From Candidatus Iainarchaeum sp. (GTDB lineage: Archaea > Iainarchaeota > Iainarchaeia > Iainarchaeales > GCA-2688035): a DNA stretch of 16,376 nt. Every line of letters starts with the position of its first letter. Within the stretch, counting starts at the first letter, position 1. The notes under the pieces were generated by a model. That model was not told the origin of the DNA. It ran no database searches and was given only the letters and a program-made list of their open reading frames with translations. The stretch covers positions 1 through 16,376 of the forward strand of contig JAQTNI010000032.1 of NCBI GenBank assembly GCA_028713935.1. Reading direction: 5' to 3'. Below are positions 8,403-13,432 of this stretch, piece by piece. Both the position numbers and the translations under genes were made by a program.

Positions 8403-8675
8403 ATGGGAAAATCTTTTTTTGGAATTCGCAATTCTCGCGGAGTAATCCCGGCACTAGCCTGGCTTGTAGTTGTTGTTTTAGCAGCAGGGGGCATAACATT
8501 TGTAGCAGGTGGCGGATGCGATGCGAGTAATACTACTCCAACTTCCCCGACATGCCCGGGCGGATCTGTCTGGAATCAATGCGCTGCAAGCTGCATGGGT
8601 GCAGGCGCAGAACATTCAGATCCCTGGAATAGCTGCATGGCTTCTTGCTTGGGAACCCCGGGAAGCCAAAAATAA
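8403..8675 (+). CDS. Small secreted or membrane-anchored Cys-rich protein with a duplicated WNxCxASC (twin CX3C) motif
   Basis: MGKSFFGIRNSRGVIPALAWLVVVVLAAGGITFVAGGGC... is a signal/anchor segment. It is followed by ...VWNQCAASCMGAGAEHSDPWNSCMASCLG. A perfect SD GGAGGT lies 7 nt upstream of the ATG at 8403. A hairpin plus T-run terminator follows the stop. Confidence 0.55.
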   Translation: MGKSFFGIRNSRGVIPALAWLVVVVLAAGGITFVAGGGCDASNTTPTSPTCPGGSVWNQCAASCMGAGAEHSDPWNSCMASCLGTPGSQK

Positions 8676-8680
8676 TGCCA

Positions 8681-8710
8681 AAGCCCCTTCAGGGCTTTTT
8701 TTATTTTTTT
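8681..8710 (+). terminator. Stem-loop plus T-run terminator
   Basis: AAGCCC-cttca-GGGCTT followed by TTTTTATTTTTTT, immediately after the stop at 8673-8675. Confidence 0.5.
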
Positions 8711-8758
8711 AAAAAAATTAACAACAGGGGCAGCCAGTGATTTTAGGCAGGGGAGCAC

Positions 8759-9739
8759 ATGCGACCGAAACTGATTTCAAGGCCAGAACTGAATGCGGAT
8801 TACATTGTTGTCTTGGAAGATAATCCAACTAATCCTGATTTGTCCTGGGCAGATAAATACTCTTATGATGCAGTTGCATCAGAATTACTGCGCCCTCTTG
8901 CCAGCCCAGAATCTTTTTATGCTAATCCAAAATGGCCCTACCTTGGAGAAAAAGATTATCAGGCAGTAGCAAGATATTTTAAGTTGCTTGGCAAGTTTTC
9001 AGAACACAATATCCCATTGGCATTTCCTGATATTGTTGTCCCGCCAAAAGACGTTGCAGAGGCTGAACAGCGCTATCGCGTAAAAAATCGTGCGCCCTAT
9101 ACAGTGGGCGGCACTGGACTGGCAGCAGCTCTTTTAGGCCTGGCATCGTGGCAATCAAAAAAAATTTTTTCGCGCAGGAAATTATTGAGAAAGGGCTTGG
9201 CATTAGGCGCAGCAGCTACAGGCGCTTCTTCTTCAGTAGAATTGGCTCGGCGCTTAGTGTCTTCGAAAGTAATTGGCCTGGAAGGCAGAAGCGCGCTTAT
9301 TGCGTATCGCTGCGAAGATGTTTTGGCTCCATTATTGGCAGCAAGGATTAGAACAAGGTCGGGCATGGCAGCCAAGCTAAGGAGAAAACCAATTGTTGTT
9401 TTGCATATCGATAAGGGGCATGAGGACGTGATTAAATTTTTAGAGAACAAAAAATTACGCATGGAAACCATTCAAAGCTTTGCACCGGAAATACAAGCGC
9501 TTCTTTCTTCAAGAATTTATGGGCGCTTTCTGCGGGAAATGTATATTTTCCAATTTGGCAGGTATAAATGGCGCCGCAAAAAAGTTTCAGACAGTTTGTT
9601 TATAAAAGGCTTTAAACCAAAGGGCGAGAGTTCACAGGCTGGTTTTTCGCGCCGTGACTTGCTGGCAGCTGCTTTTGGTGCCCACAGGGAAAGGCCTGCC
9701 CAAGCACAGCAGCACAGAAATAAGCCCAGGCGCATATAA
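8759..9739 (+). CDS. Orphan hypothetical protein (326 aa) with two internal twin-arginine-like motifs
   Basis: Longest ORF in a locally GC-rich (about 50%) segment. No family recognised. Contains FSRRKLLRKGLALGAAATGASS (mid-protein) and FSRRDLLAAAFGA (near the C-terminus). Confidence 0.5.
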   Translation: MRPKLISRPELNADYIVVLEDNPTNPDLSWADKYSYDAVASELLRPLASPESFYANPKWPYLGEKDYQAVARYFKLLGKFSEHNIPLAFPDIVVPPKDVAEAEQRYRVKNRAPYTVGGTGLAAALLGLASWQSKKIFSRRKLLRKGLALGAAATGASSSVELARRLVSSKVIGLEGRSALIAYRCEDVLAPLLAARIRTRSGMAAKLRRKPIVVLHIDKGHEDVIKFLENKKLRMETIQSFAPEIQALLSSRIYGRFLREMYIFQFGRYKWRRKKVSDSLFIKGFKPKGESSQAGFSRRDLLAAAFGAHRERPAQAQQHRNKPRRI

Positions 9740-9772
9740 GCACAAGCTTTTTTGCAAACAAGAAATCAGCAG

Positions 9773-10093
9773 TTACAACTTCATCCTGAAATATTTTTCC
9801 AAGACCTTTTTTTCGCGTTCCATGAATTTTGCAGTTGCCTTGTGTGTTCCGGATGAAAACACAAATTTTACAAGGCAAAGAAGCATTGCGCCATACAAAA
9901 GCAAATCAACAACAACAACCTGCACAGCAAGAGTCCAGTTAAAATTTGCAGGAATCACAGGAGTTCCAGAAACAAAAGGCGACTGCTGCGCAGAGCTTAA
10001 AGCCAAAAAAAACACCAAAGCGCAAACAACCACTGCAACAACAACAAGGCCAGCATATTCAAAAGCAATGCCTTTTCTTTCCTCAATCATCAT
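9773..10093 (-). CDS. Small membrane protein with a possible class III (type IV pilin-like) signal peptide
   Basis: MMIEERKG|IAFEYAGLVVVAVVVCALVFF resembles archaeal prepilin signals (basic residues, then G, then a short polar stretch with E, then a hydrophobic helix). It has a second hydrophobic segment near the C-terminus. The ATG at 10093 is preferred to the TTG at 10138, which would run into the repeat element. Confidence 0.45.
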   Translation of the reverse strand: MMIEERKGIAFEYAGLVVVAVVVCALVFFLALSSAQQSPFVSGTPVIPANFNWTLAVQVVVVDLLLYGAMLLCLVKFVFSSGTHKATAKFMEREKKVLEKYFRMKL

Positions 10094-10135
10094 GCAAAAT
10101 AATTGTTTCTGCCAGTTAATAAGCCTTTTGAAGCG

Positions 10136-10348
10136 CAACTTTTTCGGAGCGCTCGCAAGCTTGCTTTCAAAAAGTTGACAAAAATTTCGCTTTCAAAAGC
10201 CTTGGGAAAAAATAAAAAATTTACGCCTTTTGAAGCCAGCCTTTTCTTAAAAAGAACATTGCAAAACCAAAGGTTTTGCGATGCCTCAAAAAGCATTTGG
10301 CTTTTTAAGGAAGCCTGGGGAAAAGAATTTTTGCTAACACAAAAATGC
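10136..10348 (+). repeat. Composite structured repeat element (leader-type copy 1)
   Basis: 10136-10177 is CAACTTTTTCGGAGCGCTCGCAAGCTTGCTTTCAAAAAGTTG, about 37/43 identical to 14553-14594. Downstream are the hairpin GCAAAACC-aaa-GGTTTTGC (10261-10279), GGCTT..AAGCC, then CTGGGGAAAAGAA and the hairpin ATTTTTG-ctaaca-CAAAAAT (10299-10348). The order matches the 14553-14843 element. Confidence 0.6.
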
Positions 10349-10458
10349 TTCGTAAAACACCCAAAACAAACGGTTTTTATGGCTTTTCAGGGATTTAAAA
10401 CATATCCAATCCCAAAATTTTTATAGTTGAAAGTAACAGTAATTATTATGGTGGTGCC

Positions 10459-10890
10459 ATGGTTTGGCCATTCTCAAAAAACAAATCAGAAAAACAGGAA
10501 AAAGTCTGCATTCCCGAAGCCAGAAAAGCAATTGACGAAGAAGAAGCAAGGCTCAAAAAAATAGAAAACGAGCAAAAAACAAAAGAACAGCAAATGCAGG
10601 AAAACCTCAAAAAAATAGAACTGCCTGTTTTTACGGACAGCAAGCCAAGATTATTCATAGAAGGGGTTTTTGCAGTTTCAAGCACACTAATGCTCAAAGG
10701 AACAGTTGTTTCAGGAAAAATAACAAAAACAAGCAAACTAAAAATAAAAAAGAAAATCTTCAAAGTAAAAGACCTGCAGTTAAAAGGAAAAAACACAGGT
10801 GCACTACTCGCAGGCCAAAGAGGCGCAATTTTCTTTGAAAAAGCAAAAGGATTATATCTAAGGCAAGGAGACATAATCTCCTTCAACTAA
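10459..10890 (+). CDS. Hypothetical protein: N-terminal charged helix plus C-terminal beta-barrel resembling translation-factor domain 2 (EF-Tu D2-like)
   Basis: LFIEGVFAVSSTLMLKGTVVSGKITKTSKLKIKKKIFKVKDLQLKGKNTGALLAGQRGAIFFEKAKGLYLRQGDIISF follows the EF-Tu domain II pattern (V..VF...G.V.sG.v.sG.i..g..v.....k..V.si......v..A.aG..vgi.l.g.....i..GD.i). Similarity judged by eye only. Confidence 0.55.
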   Translation: MVWPFSKNKSEKQEKVCIPEARKAIDEEEARLKKIENEQKTKEQQMQENLKKIELPVFTDSKPRLFIEGVFAVSSTLMLKGTVVSGKITKTSKLKIKKKIFKVKDLQLKGKNTGALLAGQRGAIFFEKAKGLYLRQGDIISFN

Positions 10891-10901
10891 AAATTATCAA
10901 T

Positions 10902-11137
10902 GCACGGGTAGGGAAGCGGTCAAACCCGCGAGACTCAAGAGGCCTTTTCTTGGCAAGAAAAGCCCTGGGAAAAGAAACTTTTTTCTTTTGGAAAAAAGTG
11001 AAGTTCGCTTCGCTCACAGCTTTTTCTCTAAAGAGAAAAACCTGGGAAAAAGAGGAATTTTTGCTTTGCAAAAATTTTATTTGTTTGAGCTATCTCGTCG
11101 CTTAGTGCGTTCGGCGGTTCGATCCCGCCCCCGTGCA
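10902..11137 (+). tRNA. tRNA-Leu(CAA): tRNA-Leu (anticodon CAA), class II, interrupted by a 152-nt intron at 37/38; CCA not encoded
   Basis: Acceptor GCACGGG/CCCGTGC. D arm GGG-AAGCGGTCAAA-CCC. Anticodon stem CGAGA/TCTCG with loop CTCAAG|A. Variable arm TCGCTTAGTGCGTTC. T arm GGCGG-TTCGATC-CCGCC. Discriminator A. Confidence 0.9.
10940..11091 (+). other. tRNA-Leu intron (152 nt, junction ambiguous by 1 nt)
   Basis: Lies between G37 and A38. A UUUG segment able to pair with CAAG (anticodon+37) sits 4 nt before the 3' junction. Made almost entirely of hairpins: CTTTTCTT-ggc-AAGAAAAG (10944-10962), TTTTTTC-tttt-GGAAAAAA, GAAG-TTCG-CTTC (11000-11011), TTTTTCTCT-aa-AGAGAAAAA (11021-11040), TTTTTGC-ttt-GCAAAAA (11058-11074). 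Confidence 0.8.
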
Positions 11138-11237
11138 ATCTCATTCTGGGATATATACATATCACTTTTTTGGACTGTGTTTTAAGAAGATTTATCTCGC
11201 AACTAATAATTCAACATATCTCATTTTGAAGAAATAG

Positions 11238-12257
11238 TTAGCTTGCTTTTGAAGCTTCAAAAAGACCAGTGTAAATTAAAATATCTTTAAATCCGAAAGA
11301 CTTATTCTGGCAAATAAATGCTGTGTTCTCTTTATTTCTTGTGCATTCGCAATAGTTTAGTGGCGAAATGTTTTGGGTTAGGAAATCCGCAATTAAATCT
11401 TTTGTAATACGTTGTTGTTGAAATTCAAAATAATTTTGGTCATTGGCAATGCTCAATCGAATATTAGTATACTGTTTACTTAAACTATCCCTGTTCGGGT
11501 TCTCGTAAGGTATTTCAAAATAAGAAAATTTTGGGGCTGCAACCTCACAACCGTATTCGCAACGAACATAAGTCTCAGGAAACACTTTGGTTTTTATGAT
11601 TATAATCCCAGTATTTGCTCCAAAATTTCTTTGCGTCAAATCATTATTATCGGCTATTGTTTTTTCAGCATTAGAAATAATTTTAAATTCTCTATTTGTA
11701 CAATCGGCTGTCCCTTCGTCAAAGAACATCGGCAAAGAATATCCAAAGCTAATGATTGTAAAAAGTAAAATCCCGGCGCCCCCTAATATTGCTGCCTGTT
11801 TTTCTTTCTCCTTGCCAATGGCAATATTATAAACTGCAATAGCTGTTAGTCCAAAACAAGCTAAAGCAATAGAAAACACAAAAACAATGGGGCTACCCAA
11901 AACTGCGAGTATTGCCCCGTACGCCAAATTCCAAATAATAAACACGTAAAGTGCCATATCTAGAATAGAGATATTCCCCTTGACTGGGAACAAAAAGTAA
12001 ATAGCAATAAAAAGAACACCAACAACTATTGCGCCTGGCAAATAACCATTGAAGAGAGCCAGACAAAATGCCATAAACAGGGCTACAACAAAACAAGATA
12101 TGCTGACGCCCAATGCAACATATTTTTTATACAAATAACTTGCGGCATAGGAGATTATCTTTTTTAGCATAAAAAAAAGGTCTTTTGCTTTTTGTATAAG
12201 CCAACTTTTTATCTTAAGGATTTTTGAATACAACCTTGAAATCATTCGTGAAGCCAT
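11238..12257 (-). CDS. Hypothetical polytopic membrane protein with a C-terminal Cys-containing soluble domain
   Basis: 339-aa ORF with about 5 hydrophobic helices in the N-terminal 180 aa, followed by a polar domain (CTNREF...VRCEYGCEV...YCECTRNKENTAFIC). A TATA-like box lies 20-33 nt upstream of the ATG. Locally lower GC (about 30%). Confidence 0.65.
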   Translation of the reverse strand: MASRMISRLYSKILKIKSWLIQKAKDLFFMLKKIISYAASYLYKKYVALGVSISCFVVALFMAFCLALFNGYLPGAIVVGVLFIAIYFLFPVKGNISILDMALYVFIIWNLAYGAILAVLGSPIVFVFSIALACFGLTAIAVYNIAIGKEKEKQAAILGGAGILLFTIISFGYSLPMFFDEGTADCTNREFKIISNAEKTIADNNDLTQRNFGANTGIIIIKTKVFPETYVRCEYGCEVAAPKFSYFEIPYENPNRDSLSKQYTNIRLSIANDQNYFEFQQQRITKDLIADFLTQNISPLNYCECTRNKENTAFICQNKSFGFKDILIYTGLFEASKAS

Positions 12258-12410
12258 TTACATATGTCGTTGCTAATAATTTTTTAAGCCCACTCTTCAA
12301 ACAGCCGCATTCTTTATTTTTTCAGTATTTGTTTTCCCTTTTTCTGTAATCTGGTAAATGCGGATTGTTTTTTCTTTTGGTGTGGGCGTTTTGCAGGCGC
12401 TGAAAAATTG

Positions 12411-12440
12411 AATTAAAAAAAATTAAAAAAATTAAAAAAA
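12411..12440 (-). terminator. Three tandem (T7-8 AAT) runs: oligo-T terminator for the 12455-12826 gene
   Basis: The plus strand reads aattaaaaaa aattaaaaaa attaaaaaaa. On the minus strand these are three consecutive T-runs beginning 15 nt after the stop codon. Archaeal termination uses oligo-T tracts. Confidence 0.4.
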
Positions 12441-12454
12441 GAAGAAAGGGCGGG

Positions 12455-12826
12455 TTAAACGAATTTTGTTATTGTTGAATCGTTTTTTCCCACGTATATG
12501 AATGGATACAATCTGGTTCCGCCGATTGTCTGCAATTTGAGGAAATAGTATTGGTTTGGCTTCAGGTCTTGAAAAACCAGTGTGCCGTTTGTAGTGCTAA
12601 CATAGCCCCTTGTTTCACCGCCCCAAAATCCAACTTGTGCATAGAGAGTCCCTACAACATTTCTTGGGTTTCCAAAGCCAGTGACATTAATGCTCAGGCT
12701 GACTTTTTGTGGGGCTTGCGAAAAATTTCCAGTGTTTGTTCCTCTCACACCCCAAGCAAAAGCCGAAGATGAAAAAACAAGCAATGCAAGCAAAGACAGA
12801 GCCAAAAATGCGATTGATTTTTTCAT
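12455..12826 (-). CDS. Small secreted protein (Sec signal peptide; beta-rich)
   Basis: MKKSIAFLALSLLALLVFSSSAFA|WG is a signal peptide with an AxA cleavage site. The SD GGGGTGAT lies 4 nt upstream of the ATG. The mature part is Gly/Thr/Val-rich (...GTLVFQDLKPNQYYFLKLQT...). Confidence 0.65.
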   Translation of the reverse strand: MKKSIAFLALSLLALLVFSSSAFAWGVRGTNTGNFSQAPQKVSLSINVTGFGNPRNVVGTLYAQVGFWGGETRGYVSTTNGTLVFQDLKPNQYYFLKLQTIGGTRLYPFIYVGKNDSTITKFV

Positions 12827-13044
12827 TTAATCACCCCTTTTTAACATTAAACAATTAAGCCAGGAAAATGTTTTTAATTCTTGGTTTCCAATCCAATTTT
12901 TTCAGAATTGGATTTGAAACAGTGCTTATACAAATAGGGCTTTTTTTAATTAAATAACCAAACTTTCTGAAAGGAAAGCTTAAAAGTTTCAGGAAGCTTT
13001 CACAAATAAATTGCTTTTTATGCTTTTCTTTTCTCATTTAATTC

Positions 13045-13185
13045 ATGAATATTGGGGCAATTTTTTTTGTAGCTGGCTTTTTGGTGTCATTGGCTGCAAT
13101 AACCCCGAATTTTTTAATGCTATTGATTGGCTGCGGAGTAATGGCTGCGGGCTTATTGGTAATGCAAACGAACTGGGGTGAATAA
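13045..13185 (+). CDS. 46-aa hydrophobic micro-protein (two predicted TM segments) directly abutting rpl41e
   Basis: Not in the ORF track (shorter than 60 aa). MNIGAIFFVAGFLVSLAAITPNFLMLLIGCGVMAAGLLVMQTNWGE. Its TAA stop is immediately followed by the rpl41e ATG (TAAATG). A TTTTTATG box lies about 29 nt upstream of the ATG. Confidence 0.35.
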   Translation: MNIGAIFFVAGFLVSLAAITPNFLMLLIGCGVMAAGLLVMQTNWGE

Positions 13186-13317
13186 ATGGGCAAGCGGAAA
13201 AGGGATTCCAGCAGATTCAAAAAGACAAGGGCAAGGCAGCGCTGGAAATGGAAAAAGAAAAAGATGCGCAGAAAAAAGCGCAGAAAAAGATACCTGCGGC
13301 AAAGAGCAAGGGCATAA
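13186..13317 (+). CDS. rpl41e: Ribosomal protein L41e (eL41)
   Basis: Not in the ORF track (43 codons). MGKRKRDSSRFKKTRARQRWKWKKKKMRRKKRRKRYLRQRARA. The RWKWKKKKMRRKKRRKR...RQR core matches the eL41 pattern (eukaryotic [25 protein letters not shown]; archaeal homologues carry an N-terminal extension). Confidence 0.75.
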   Translation: MGKRKRDSSRFKKTRARQRWKWKKKKMRRKKRRKRYLRQRARA

Positions 13318-13376
13318 AGGCCTTTTCTTCCCAAGAAAAGCCCTGGGAAAAGAATTTTTTTGCCTTGCAAAAAAAC
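13318..13376 (+). repeat. Repeat-family copy immediately 3' of rpl41e
   Basis: AGGCCTTTTCTTcccAAGAAAAGCCCTGGGAAAAGAA (13318-13354) is 35/37 identical to the 5' end of the tRNA-Leu intron (10940-10976). It is followed by the hairpin TTTTTTTGC-ctt-GCAAAAAAA, as in 11058-11074. Confidence 0.65.
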
Positions 13377-13432
13377 TTTTTATTTTTGCAAACCGCTTTG
13401 TTTTTTCGGTTTGCTTTTTCAATTCTTTTTTT

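Noticed and set aside
9654-10178. 174-aa plus-strand ORF (contains TTTATTTRP-type runs)
   Set aside because: It overlaps the more protein-like minus-strand pilin-like ORF and runs through the conserved non-coding stem-loop at 10136-10177. Its composition looks non-coding.
10883-11185. ORFs 10883-11071 (minus) and 10988-11185 (plus)
   Set aside because: Both lie within tRNA-Leu and its intron.
11138-12300. Possible integrated element at the 3' end of tRNA-Leu (lower GC, orphan membrane protein)
   Set aside because: I found no direct repeat of the tRNA 3' end (e.g. GATCCCGCCCCCGTGCA) downstream and no integrase gene. The composition shift alone is weak evidence.
12297-12416. Minus-strand fragment ...KTPTPKEKTIRIYQITEKGKTNTEKIKNAAV* resembling the wing of a PadR/winged-helix regulator
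   Set aside because: It has only about 39 codons with no ATG/GTG/TTG start and in-frame stops just upstream. The similarity is by eye only. At best it is a decayed gene remnant.
12855-13037. 60-aa minus-strand ORF
   Set aside because: It has no motifs and no SD or TATA at a sensible distance. It overlaps the promoter-like region and the hairpin AATCCAATT-ttttcag-AATTGGATT (12890-12914), so it is probably intergenic.
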